Assembly (NCBI GenBank): GCA_964188305.1
Contig: OZ076886.1
DNA length: 64,000 nt
Reading direction: 5' to 3' (one strand)
DNA from: Podarcis bocagei
Lineage: Eukaryota
In this document: in pieces, positions 1 to 12,760 of the stretch
How positions within the stretch are numbered: position 1 is the first letter of the stretch
How the letters are laid out: every line of letters starts with the position of its first letter
Made by a program: the position numbers and the translations under genes
The notes under the pieces: model-generated
Databases searched by the model: none
Told to the model about the DNA's origin: nothing
Seen by the model: the letters and a program-made list of their open reading frames with translations, nothing else

Positions 1-549
1 TACAATATAGCCTCTATCTTGCAAGTCAGAGACTGTGCAGGACAGTTGCATAGGAACTCTATGCAAATATTAATAAATATTAATAAAAAAAGAAATAGCA
101 GGGTTATAATTTCTCCCTTTTAAACTAGTTTTACTGGAACAAATAAATTCCTCAACTATCCACAAATGAAAAAGGATAGTTTTTCATTTAGATAAAAGTT
201 TAATGAAAATAAATGACACTCATAGTAGAAGGGAAACAACAAAATGGAGCACTACATTTAGACCATCTATGATTAATGAAGCATTGTTTAGATGTATAGA
301 TGAATATACATTGATCAAGGAATGCTGAAAGGCAGACAGACACAGGCACCCACACCCACACAAATTTCACAATTTCATCTCTTACAAAGAACAGTTGGGA
401 ATTATTATTTTTTTTTGGGGGGGTATTTTATTCTATCTTGAACAACAAAGGGTGTTATTATTGAAATGTTTGCAGTCAGTAACTGATGGCAAATACACAT
501 GTACACACACTAATGTCTTGGCTAATGGAGACACCCAAAGGGCTGGCCA

Positions 550-1255
550 GTTACATGAACTTGAGAGTTACCATTCCTGGTCCAGTGTTGATGTTTTTTG
601 TTGTCCTGGACCCCTGACTTACCTGGCAGCAAATCAGTCAGTCAAGTGTCCAGTCCAAGGTCAATCCACGTGTCTGAAAGTCCAAATCAAAGCACCATCC
701 TGCTGAGGTCCATCAACATGGGCAGTTGAGCAGACACATCACCTCAGCTCTGCTGCCCTTTTATACTCTGCATGCTGATGGCAGCATCTGGGCTTGATGA
801 GGCACATGACTCTCACCTGTCCAAGCCTATTCCAGCTGAGGAATTACAGGGAGCTGGGCTGTAGGCCCTTGCCTGCCTCAGCTTCCTGGAGTGTCCTATC
901 CACTGTCCCTATACTTCAGAGTGTTCATGGAGACAGCAGCCCCTCTGGCTCTGGTGATGGGTCCTGCTGCTCTGGTTCCTGTGTACTGAACCCCATCCTG
1001 TCATCATCCTCTGTCACTCCATGAGTACTTTTACTACACCGACTTAAGGTTACCAGACGTCCCCATTTCCCAGGGACAGTTCCCGGATTTACAAATCACT
1101 CCCCATACAAAATCAATTGAAGTTGAAAAAAATCTAGTAACCTTACACCAACTTCTTCTTCCCCATCTCCAGCTTGCCCTGGTGTGTCCCAGTCCTGGCT
1201 ACAACCCTCACCAGGATCCTCTTCCTCTTCCCCACTGTCCTGTCAGTTCATTACA
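550..1255 (-). mobile_element. Putative solo LTR, interrupted by a hAT MITE
   Basis: The right end reads TGTAATGAACTG on the minus strand, with an imperfect inverted copy (GTTACATGAACTT) near 550. Minus-strand TATAAAA at 759-765. No clean TSD. Confidence 0.55.
1045..1145. mobile_element. Non-autonomous hAT MITE nested in the LTR
   Basis: TIRs TAAGGTTACCAGA / TCTAGTAACCTTA. 8-bp TSD CACCGACT (1037-1044) vs CACCAACT (1146-1153). Confidence 0.85.
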
Positions 1256-3048
1256 GTTGCTTGCTTATGTGAGTGCTTCTGGGTAGACATGTACAGCGTT
1301 GTACTGTACAGATGCTAGATGCCACCACCAAACAATTACAGCTGATAGGCAATGTATATTACTGAGTCACAGCAACACAATTATTAGTATTTCCACATGT
1401 TACTGGAACATAATGAGGGAGGCAATAGGTAAGATACAGTGGGAATGAAGAGGAGAAGCATGTAAAAATGAATACTATTTTTTGGGGGGTGGGGAAGAAG
1501 TGCTGTAAAACACGCAGTGGCTTATTCAATAAATACTCCTCTCTCCTCCTCAGAACAGAAGGAATTTATACTCCACAGCTAGAATGGAAATGACAGTGGA
1601 GATATTTGTCATTTCAGTATCTTTAATGAAAGGCTCACATATCACCCCCATTAGATTTTGATCACTAAAAATATATATAGACTGTTAAATAATAACAATA
1701 AGAACCATAATGCATAGGTACATGGCTGCATAGAGAAAGGTTGGTATGTTCTACACTGTCATGGCTCTGGAGTAAGATTCTCCACGAGGAGGTGATTGAG
1801 ATGGAGAGGTTATTTCCTTCAGCACCAGATCTGGCTGACCACACTGTTCTAGAAGCTCCAGCTCATGAGGATCCCATCTTTCCACAGCTTCCTTACAGTC
1901 TCCCCACAGTCTCTCCCATGCCATCAGAGCCAATGGCCAATAGCTCAGACAAGACCTCTTTAACTATAAGAGTCTTCTTCCAGATGAGGCAAATCCAGAC
2001 CAAACTACATTTAAGTCCCAAACTAGAGCTTTCGGCTTCTGAAACAACATTTGACTCTCCTTGTATTCAATCTCAGCATAACTCATTGATGTCCATGGTG
2101 CTACTTTGAACCTGAACTCTTGTCTTGAACTGGGACTCCTGATGAAATCTCCACCTGGCTGTGACCACCAGTTGGGGGAAAAAGAACATATGTGTGTTTT
2201 AATCCACAATGATTAAATGATAACACAGTCAGCTCACCGCAAGTGCAGCCCAGTTCAAACTTTTCCTCAGTATTACTGCAATTTTGGACAAGTAATTCTA
2301 CTCCAGCTGAAATGCTTTCCTTCTTGTCTATGCAATAAACACCCTGAATCACTCCAAACCTGCCTTTCTTTCTTATGCTCCTCATTTTATTTCATTTTAT
2401 TTCGCCACATTGGAATCCTTTAACGTGACTCAAACTTGTTTAATTTAAGGCTTTGGAGTGGAAACTACAGCAACACAAGTTTGGCCTTGGTGCACAAATC
2501 CTGCCCCAAGACATATCTCCATGATTACATTAGACGACAAGTTCTGTGACTTAAAAGGGATAAACAGGCTACTGCGATAGAGTGCTATTTCAGGGGAGGG
2601 AATTATCTCTAAAATTCAGAAAACTGTGAAAATTGAATACCAGGAAGTTTCTTTAAGTCCCCCTCTCTTCCAGGACTCTCTTCCTGCTTTGTAGATCCTT
2701 TTGGGCAAATAGCTGTATTAAAAGATAACTATCAGAACTTTGCACATTTGTCTATTTTTCAAGTGCTATATAAATGTCACCAACTGCATTAATCTGATTG
2801 GAGAGAACTTGGAAAGGTCCTTCTATGATATATCTATACCTATTTTTGTCTACAGGAGGAAAGAGAAACACAGGAGTGGTATTCAAAATGCTTTCCAAAC
2901 CTTGTGTCTCTTCCATACCCTTGGTTCTATCCCCATTGTCTCTGTGTTTCAGATTATACCCTGGTTGAGGGCAGAGACTTGTTTGTGTTTCTGCTTAAAA
3001 AACTACGTAAAGTTGCACCAAGGGCACTATGTATAAATAAGTGCATGT

Positions 3049-3071
3049 ACACACACACACACACACACACA
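3049..3071. repeat. (CA)n microsatellite
   Basis: Direct reading. Confidence 0.95.
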
Positions 3072-3674
3072 GCTCTTGAGCATTGTCTTCTTACTATGAA
3101 CTTCTTTTCTTATTATAAATACCAAAGAAACTATTGCTTTCCTTGCTCGAAACCCAGAAGATTTTCACAGATTGTAATATGCCCCCCCTTAAGAGGAGTG
3201 ATTACAGGTCTTCATTGTGTGTCTGAGTCTTGGGCGTCTAGATATTCACAGAAATATTTTGAATCCTACTGCCTTTGATGAATTCTCTCTGTGTTGCATA
3301 TATATGTTCACAATAAGACTGGTTTATATTTTGTTCCCTTAAGGGAGTTATTTTGTTGCAGGAAGATGTAAGGCAGAAGAGAGTTGGTGCACTAAGCTGC
3401 TAAGGGGAGTAAACAAACTGAATGTCATACTGAAATGCTGAACAATTGGTTTGGTTTTTTTTAAAGTCAAAATATGCTAAAACACGGAATGATTCTGGAA
3501 GGTGCCAATCTTAAACCACCTCCCACTGAGTCAACAGTTTATCCCAATGGGTTATGAAACAACCCTCCTCAAAAATAAATACTCTGTTTTTTAAAACAAA
3601 ACTCTCTATGTATGCATGAGTGACTCCCCAGCTAGCCCTTGTGTGTCCATACATCAGTACTGCCTCATACAGGA

Positions 3675-3852
3675 CAGCTGTTAGACAGTGGAACGGTCTC
3701 CCATGGGAGTTTGTAGACTCCTTCCTTGGATGTTCCTAAGCAGAAGTTGGATGGTAATCTGCCATGGATGCTTTAGCTGAGATTCCTGCATTTTATGGGG
3801 GCTGGACTAGATGACCCTTAGGATACCTTCCAACTCCACAATCTATGATTCC
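3675..3852 (+). mobile_element. CR1 LINE 3' end (5'-truncated)
   Basis: Typical CR1 3' UTR GGACTAGATGACC...CCTTCCAACTC...CTATGATTC, preceded by the decayed end of ORF2 (CAGTGGAAC...CTCCC). Confidence 0.85.
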
Positions 3853-4966
3853 AGGACAGCCTGGCATTCCTATGGAACCTTATCAAGTAGAGCACATACT
3901 GCCTGCAGAGGCCATGTTGTTTCTGAGTCAGTTACAGGCTTTGGGATTTTCTATCGTAATCAATTTCTCACTCCTTTAGAGGAGTTATAGAGAGTGTGAA
4001 TTTGTGACATTTTTGTTGGTCCTAATTCAATAGGACTGGCGAATTTACGGCTTTCCAGATGTTGCTGGGTTCTAGCTCCCATCAGCCCCAGCCAGCAGGG
4101 TCAGGGATGGAAGCTGAAGTCCAGCAACAACTGGAGGGCCACATTCTCACCATTCTGTAATAAATATATTTATTGTGTTCTCTTGAGAGGAACTTTGATA
4201 TAACTGGTTTACTGCTCCTAATCGGGGGCTTTTTGAAACTTGTGTCACTAAGCAGTGGCCAAGATAGCATCTGTTACATAGCTAACACAAAGTAGACTTT
4301 AATTCATGTGACAAATCTTGATGCCTATTACCGCGTAATATTATTGTGTATTCCCACTTTCAGAGTTACGATTGCATTGCTAGATTATTTCTTGTGGTCC
4401 TATTATTAAATGCTTGTTTTGTCAAAGAATCAAACCAATGTTGATAGACCGTTAGGCTGTCTGAACCTCCACCTTAGATATGGTAGCATCACTGGATGTA
4501 GCATGATTCACCAGTGATTTCTGAAAGTGCCCAAAGAACCGAAGCATAATTATTCCTGAACAGCAAATGCCAGTGATGAATATTTGTTAATACAGAAACA
4601 ACATTAAGGTCTTCCTGAGCACACCCACAAGCAAGGTACTCACAGCAGAAATCATGCACACTCATCACCCTTATATAACATTAAAAAGGGACCCCTGCTG
4701 CATGGATCTGTTTTTGAATTGACTTTGCATGCTCCTTTGCTCTAATGTTTATCAAAAATGCAACATTAGTATATTTCAATTTGTTTTTATGGGAATTTTA
4801 ATATTTCCCTTGTTAGCATGCAAAGCATTATTGAAAACTTCTGCACGCAATAGTGTACTCAGTCCAGCAATACCAAAACTAATACAACAGTTAGAAAAGT
4901 TCGCCTTGGGTATAATACTTACTGTATATGCAGTATATGCATGTATATTTTGTACACACGTACACG

Positions 4967-4969
<3 letters not shown>

Positions 4970-5000
<31 letters not shown>
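4970..5000. repeat. (CA)n microsatellite
   Basis: Direct reading. Confidence 0.95.
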
Positions 5001-5004
<4 letters not shown>

Positions 5005-5559
5005 GCTACAAGCCCAGTTCAGATAAGAACTCATAAAAGCTTGGTTAAAATGAGCTTTTAAAGCCTCTGCATAATATGGATCAAAAGGAATTATTTATGA
5101 AACATATTTGTATCTCACTCTTTTTACAAACAGACCTCCATACATCCCAAGTTGGTTCAAAAGAAGAAATTACAATAAAAAGAAAGCACACACCCAACCA
5201 ACCGCAACCCAATTGAAACACTTCACAACTTCGCTACAGCTCCCAAATCAATTCTGGCAATGGTTATGATCCAGTTATGAAGAGTGGGATTCACCTAACC
5301 AGCCCTGTCAGTGGAAGCCTTGCAATAGGGCTCCCCACCCCCACCCTATGTGCCTTCTGCAATTGCTTTTGGAGAAACACTTATAAGACAGTAATACTGA
5401 ATGACACCCTTAGTGTTCAAACTATATGGTAGCTTTCTAATCCATCACATCTAAAAACTTCATTTCATTTAAAATGTTTCGGAAAAGAAAAAATGTTTTA
5501 ATTAGTGCCCAAACAACCACCGTGTAGGTAACCAGATTAACTTCCCTGAGGAGAGAATT

Positions 5560-7250
5560 CTATAATGAAAAAAAAAAAAGGCTCTTGCTGCTATTTGCTT
5601 ATGGCAGTGACACCCTGAGAAGGACCTCAGTGGAAGATCTTCTCTCTTGTGCAGGTTGATATGGAAGAGAACACCTCTTAAGGTTTCTAGGATCCAAGCC
5701 ATGAAGGACTTTATAGGATATAACAAGAACCTTGAATTAATTTTAGAAATAAAGTGGAATGTTCCCAGTGAGCCATCCCAGTTAGAATTCTAGCTGCCAT
5801 ATTTTGAACTAAATGCAGCCTTTGAACTGTATTTAAGGGTAACTGCAGGCACAACACATTGCACTAGTCTGATCGGGTTGATACTAGAAAACTGTTAACC
5901 AGACTATTCCTGTCTAGAAGAAATCGCAGCAGGATTACCAGTCTAAGGTGGAAAAAAGCAAAAACTGCCACCAAGTACAGTTGTGTCTCTAGTGACAGAG
6001 CTGGATCAATTGCGTGCTGAGGTCCCCCAAAACCCCTACCCCAATAACTCAGACATCACACGTGATTTTTGTTTGAGGTTTTTGGCATAATTTTGGCCAC
6101 AACTTTATTTTTATACAAATTGAGAGTGGTTGCTTAGGCATTGGTTATGACTACCTGTCCCCCCCCGCCTTGGGGGGACAGCACTGACTCCCTAGTCAGT
6201 CCCGGAGGAAACAAGGTCAGAGTCAGATGGAGCTGCGTCACAGGCCCTCAACTGCTCCGCGCATGTTCCTTGAAGCTTATGCGGCCCGCACCCTGCCGTC
6301 AGGGTTTGGACGAAGGGGATGGTAAGCTTCAGAATTCCTTTAACGGAATACCCGTCAGCAGCAGCATTGGAGGGGCAGGCACAGCCGATCCATACCCCTC
6401 CACCAACCAATTTTAACCAATGCCTAACCGCCAACCTTACAAGTTGTGACGATTTGCTAAGCAGTAGGCAAAACCCAAAAGGCACGCACTAATCAGCCAA
6501 TTGGACAAATTCCTACTGGGCCCCCGCACCAATGCGAACGACCCCATGACAGGCAGAGCAAGGTCAAAGCGCAAGCCCAAATCAAGGGAGGGCGGGCGGG
6601 AGATCCGATGTCCACAGCGAAAGAGAAAGAGAAAGCTGTGGACCCTACTTATATAGGGCATTAGTCCCACCCCTAATTGGCAACATCAAATTTACCCCAG
6701 TAACAACTTCATCCAATCTGCTCCAGCCCATTGCCATCAATGGCCTGGTCACTAACTGGGGGTTTTGTTCGGCCCCATCCGCAACACGTGCTCTCTCTTT
6801 TATGAGAACACGCTTTATTATTCTTAAACTGTAAACTTGATCTTACAGGAAAGTGCAGCCCCATCTGAACCTCACCTCCTTACCAGACAAATGAATCCTG
6901 GCTTCTACTCACAATGCCCATGTCTTATCAAGTTTAAGCTTCTGTTTATTGCCCTCCCCACATCAGAACACTACTGAGCTCAGTCAACAATTTGACCCTT
7001 TCATTGCCTCAACTGCATTAGATAACATGGAAAAACAGATCTATGTATTGTCGGAATACTGTTGATATTTTATTTCAAGGCTTTGGATAACACTTCCTGG
7101 TGGCTTCACACTGTGGTTAAATGGAATGGGGGTGGGGCAAGATGGAACCCTGTGAGATCCCATGACACAAGTGCCAGGAACCTGAAAAATTATTTCCGCA
7201 AACTCTGCTGGGAGAAGAGCACAGACCCAAAGGAGTTGGTGGATTGTTTC
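5560..7250 (-). mobile_element. Decayed L2-clade LINE ORF2 (RT and C-terminus), split by an LTR insertion
   Basis: Minus-strand translations: GISQGSIL (~7140-7162; GVPQGS motif) and PFNHSVKPPGSVIQSLEIKYQQYSDNT (~7044-7125; LFNIYMKPLG...QYADDT). Also VSTRSD*CNVLCLQLPLNTVQRLHLVQNMAARIL (~5783-5884; the L2 SRLDYCN...LQLVQNAAARL block). Boundaries approximate. Confidence 0.85.
6015..6786 (-). mobile_element. Solo LTR (ERV/Gypsy-like) inserted in the L2
   Basis: Minus strand begins TGTTGCGG at 6786, with TATATAA at 6649-6655 and AATAAA at 6104-6109. CGTG occurs at 6013-6016 and 6787-6790 (possible TSD overlapping the terminus). CpG-rich relative to flanks. Shares blocks with 54214-54770. Confidence 0.75.
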
Positions 7251-10200
7251 CAATGAAAGAAGCAATATTCCAGAATGAAAACCCTGCGGGGCAAGGGGGA
7301 AAGAAAAACACCCAACACTCCCTTCTGTTCCACTGCTGCATAAAAAGTAGGGCTCATCAACTTTCAGTTCCCTCTCCCCCAGTCCCTCTTTGGATGTCTC
7401 TCTGCCCAATTCATAAACTTTGTGAATGCCTATTTCTGGGATTCTACATTTGTAATGAAGCTTCTGTGTTGTTTCCCAATAATACAAATGCAGGAGTGAC
7501 TTCTGAACCTCTAAAAAGCAGGGGAAATTAATACATTAATAGTCAATAGGTGAGGATGGTGTTTTAGAAGGTTAATATTTGTATTACAAGTAAGAACTAA
7601 TTTTTTTAAAAAAGAACTCTTTCTATGATTAGTTATTAGACCACCTTCAGCCATGGTTGGAAAGCTGACTTTCCCCCTTAGTGCATCAGGCAATCAACAT
7701 TCAATTACTGAAGTGCTTTGATTAGTTGATTAAACATCTAGTTATTGAATATGCATGAGACTCCTAAAACAAGCATTTCCAGTTTAGTGGGCTTATTCCT
7801 TTTGAACCACTTGTCCAGCAACTTTCAAATGTTGACAATTCATCAATATTCATAGAGCCATTTATTCTCTTGCTGTATTTTTAGCCCTATCGTGCATGCA
7901 TATGATGCGTGTGTACACTTGATATTTCTTTGTATTTTCAGTATCTCCCTCAAAGGAGATTTGCATAAGGTTGACATTCTATATTCAGGAGAATTTCTTT
8001 TTTCTATACATGTGTGTCCAAAAGTCATCTTACTCCTTCTTCTTGTGCACCACATTTTGTGGTGGTGATAAACTAGCAGGACATATGAGGCAGGGGAAGC
8101 TGGATGCGGCTGGGCTAAAGAAGTCAGGAATTCTTCTTTGGCTCAGATGTATTTCAGTCATTGTATGCTGAGCATGTGTGATGGATTCAGAACCATGACC
8201 TATTAGAAATATGATTGGGACTTGAGCTAGAGTCTGAACAATAATTCACAGAGGAGCCCAATACAGTGCAGTGGGGCATCCACATACATATCTGAATTGA
8301 TTAAAGATTTGGGCTTCAGTGATTAACTTCCACAATATGACTGTTGCAAATTTATATGGTGGAAGAAAAGATTATGATTCAATCTCTTTAAGATTTCAGC
8401 AGGAAAGTTATGATTCAATCTCAGTTTGTAAATATTTCAGGGTTGGGGCTTCAGGCTCTTAATTCAGGGGTCTAAAAGATTACTCATTACAATTTCCACA
8501 TTTAAAGCATTTGCTACAATATTGTGTATGCAAATATAAACCTTTGGCTCTTTAATAGAAAATGCAACCTCTGTGATTCATCTGAGTGGCATTTCAAAGA
8601 AAACTGAGAAATGATGTTTATAACAACACCAGGTACAAATTAATGATTGCTATAATATCAGAACAGAACACATTAAATGAATTCAAAAAAAGGAAAGAAA
8701 AAGACAGAAGTGGAGAGAACATCAGGGGGTGCCTTTCAATTCTGCTCCATCATGTATGCTGCTGTCAGGGTATGAAAAGGAATTTTAGTACACTGTCACT
8801 TTGAGAGACATATTCATCCTCCTGAAGCCAGACTTCACTGGGTTTGATTAAGTGAATACTACTGAAAAGTGCTGTACTGAACTGACAGTTCTAGATGCTG
8901 ATTCCTTTCGCAGTCCACACACTAGCTACACAAGAAAGGAAGCAGCAGCACAGAGAGCAGCAGGCTCTTGGTGTTACAGAAATCATAAACAGTGGCAAGC
9001 TGTAATCAGGACAATGTAGTTACAGCTGCCAATGCTTAAAACAGTATATATTATAGAAATGAATTTCCAGGCGATAATTCGCAGCCCAGCTACAAAGCCA
9101 ACTGTGAGACTGCTGGTGCTTCCATCACCATTACGGGCATTTTGGAAACAAACAAACAAACATGCCAAATTTCAAAATGCAGCAGCTTTTCAAATTACAA
9201 AGTTTTCCTTTCCATTTGAATTTCAGAATCACACTTTGCCGTCTAAATTTGAAAGTCACGTTTTTGTCAATATAAATATTACTAAAGTCTGCTGAGATCA
9301 AGCTGTCAGATCTGTCAAATTCTGAACGCTGCTGCATGTTTTATATAAGGCACCAGCAGCTGTAGGATGCTACTAACTGCTACATGTTAGACACCATCTG
9401 ATTTCAACTCTGCATTGCTACTATCAAGTACTGCCCACTACTGCAAAATCTTTGGATATCTCGGTTTTCCAAAAAACACCATTATTTTGACTGACCCTAG
9501 GGAAAACCCCAACTAGGATTAGACACTAGGATTTCCTACTGCCTCGCAGAATGTCCCCCCCCCCCAAAAAAACACCACATTTAGCTGGCAAAGGACAGGA
9601 ACAATGGCTTACTTCCACTCCTCAAAATTTTAGGTCCTTGTTAGGTTGGGTGATCTTCTTAGCAAGTCATACTGAGCCAATTTAGTAGTTCTTAAGACCC
9701 AAAAGCATTTTGTATCGTCAGAGACAGGCTGGGGTGGAAATGCCATTACTGTGGCACCATCTAACATTTCTAGCATCTTACTGTGGAGATCTATCAACTT
9801 TATAATCTCGAGTGTTCTTGTAGTTGATATGAACTGCATATAGCTAGAAAACTGTATTTCTGTCTCCTGCCGCTTAAATGATTAAATGATTAAATGAGCA
9901 TGAGGGGTAAAGAACCCGTGGCCCTACAGTTGTTGTTGGACTCCAACTCCCATCAGTCCTAGCTAGTATGGTTGGTGGTGAGAGACAATGGAGGCTGTAG
10001 TACACTAACATTGCATCACTGCTTTACACTGACTAATCATATTAGTCACAGTGCCCAAAAGCCCCTCCCATTTTTTCAAATGTGAGGCATGTTCCTATGT
10101 CAAACAAGTAGAACAAATTTCTACTAACATTAAACATCCACTTGAAGTAAAAACAATACCTGTACAAGGATGTTTACACAATAAAAAAGTTGAATGAACC

Positions 10201-11127
10201 TTAAAGCTTTTTCTGTTTTTTAAAACAAGCCTTTACCCAATAAAGAGTTGCTTACATTCTCCCATACTGGATAAAAACTCCACATCCAACCTGAAATTTG
10301 CAGTGCCCTTGGAGCAGTTAATTTTCTTTGTATGGTTATATAAAATTTCAAGGCTACCTGTTCCAATACATTTACTTCTTGCGCAATACTGCTCTCAGCT
10401 ACCCCAAAGAAAAGGAAAAATAAAAACTTCTAAATAAGAGTTCCTGTAGATCACTGTCAACATCAAGGATTTTTTCTCCTGTCAGCAGTTTTTACTTGAC
10501 CAAGGTCACCTTCATGTTTCAACGGTAACACTACTATCTGCAAACCTTACACTGGAAAATCATCTCCTCATATAATTCTCAACTGATGGCACAACATATT
10601 TTAACAGAATCAGATTAAATCAAAGAGATTAAGACAAACCACTGTTATTCCTATTACTTCTTAAAATCTTCAAGCAGCAAACTGAAATGTTCTACCAGAG
10701 CCATTGCTACCTAATGCTATTTGTCAGCAAAATGGGGCATGCTTGGAAATATCACTGCTCTCTAAGGTTCGTACTGTAAAATATACAAATCTGAGATATA
10801 TTTTTAAAGCTTTGAAGTCAGATTTTTCAGAGTGGCAAATGATTTCTAATTAATGTTGACCAGAAATGGAATGACAGCATTCTGTGTACATTCTAAGAAG
10901 TCCCTTTTGATGATTTTCTGAATCTCTTGGAAAACTGTGAAACTATAAAACATGGGCATCCAGGGGGAAGATGTGTCCTTGTCAAGGGGCTTAGATCCAC
11001 ACTTCTTAAACAGGAGCATGAATCATGTTTTTTTTTTGTGTAATTCACTTTGAGGGTTGTTGTTTTTGTTCTACAATCAAGCAGCATATAAATTTTATGA
11101 AATGAATAAAATTAATAAATCCAAATA

Positions 11128-11369
11128 CAGTGGTACCTCGGGTTACATAAGCTTCAGGTTACATACACTTCAGGTTACAGACTCCGCTAACCCAGAAATA
11201 GTACCTCGGGTTAAGAACTTTGCTTCAGGATGAGAACAGAAATTGTGCTCCAGCAGCGCGGCAGCAGCAGGAGGCCCCATTAGCTAAAGTGGTGCTTCAG
11301 GTTAAGAACAGTTTCAGGTTAAGAACGGACCTCCAGAACGAATTAAGTACTTAACCCAAGGTACCACTG
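11128..11369. mobile_element. Tc1/mariner (Tigger-like) MITE, family A copy 1
   Basis: TIRs CAGTGGTACCTCGGGTTA / TAACCCAAGGTACCACTG flanked by TA on both sides. Homologous copies at 59857 and 63846. Confidence 0.92.
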
Positions 11370-12713
11370 TATGGATTCTATTGAGAACAATGCAGTGCAG
11401 AACATGATGTGTGTTGGAATCTATATCCCAGTGTGATCTATATCCTGCTGCTCTGATCATGGGAATTAGTTTCTTGCTCCACACTCACAACTGTACAACA
11501 GGAGATCAGAGGGGAAATAGGTGCAACCCAAGTAATAGAAAAGAGTTTTGTTTTGTTGGAAAACTCCCCTGAAAAGGCAGTGCCATAAACATTCAGAACT
11601 GTGTGAGTTTTAGTTCCTTCAAAATTGAGACAAACCTTCATTCAGCTTCTGATTCTACATGTACAGTAGCTGGAATTATCATAACTAAAATTTCCATTTC
11701 AGATGACTAATGGATCAATTGTTTCACTCCTCAGAATTGCATATGCTTCTGACCTCCCTTCCCTGCCTGCTCTAGTCTAATTTAATATAGTTGTATCTCT
11801 CTACCAAACAGGCTATGTCACTCATTTTCAGTCCCCTTTTTGCTGTCACCCTACTCTCTGTTGGCACCTTCAATCTGTGGTTCCCACTTTTTCATCTCCT
11901 GCTTGAAGAATAAGCATCCATGCCATGCTATGTTCTCCCCAATCCAATGTATGCACAAGAATACATTGGTGCTTCAAGAGTACTTCCCACACTGATTGTA
12001 CCAAGAATCTTTTTTTTTAAACTGTTATTCGAAATATTCTGTGTGCTTATATAGTACCAACAAGAAACTAGTAATAATTTAACACACACAATACAATTGT
12101 TTATACATAACACAATTGGAGAACCACTATGAAGTCTGAGAAAAAAGTAAATGCTCTTATGTGCTTTGAGATTTGGGAAGTTGAAATATGTCTCCTCCAT
12201 TACACATGTAAAATGGTTAAAAAGCTGAATGTCCCATAATCTAGCAATGAAACTAGGAAATCCCCCCTCTTCTCTCTCATTAATAAGATGGCAGAATACA
12301 GACTGGAAGTCTTAAGTCTGTTGATTAAGCATGGGCAAGAAAGCTACATTTAACATTAACCTTCTCTAGTTTTTGTTTCCTTCTGAAGGAATATGTGTGA
12401 CTTTGCAATCTGAATATTGCCTCATGCTTTTCTCAAAAAAAGATTATCATTGTTACACTTCCATTCATCCATAAGACAGGGATTCGTGAACGCTTGTTAT
12501 TTGGAAAACAACATGGGCAATGACTCATCTCTTGCTTACTTTGATTACCAAGTGTGAATGTCAAGTGCCTGGGAAAGCCAGATGATCAGATTTTGTTTGC
12601 CTGCTGGATCATTATATCATGACTTTAAATGGTGCCATCACTGGGGGTGGGGGACTACCCAGGTTTTTTACTCTGGGTGAAGGCTCCAGAAGGGTGCCAT
12701 TGAGGCTCCCAGC

Positions 12714-12715
<2 letters not shown>

Positions 12716-12757
<42 letters not shown>
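12716..12757. repeat. (TG)n microsatellite
   Basis: Direct reading. Confidence 0.95.

Positions 12758-12760
<3 letters not shown>

Noticed and set aside
1741-2224. 122-aa ORF or possible further solo LTR starting TGTCATGG at 1758
   Set aside because: No protein similarity. LTR-like in texture, but I could not find a TSD or a firm right end.
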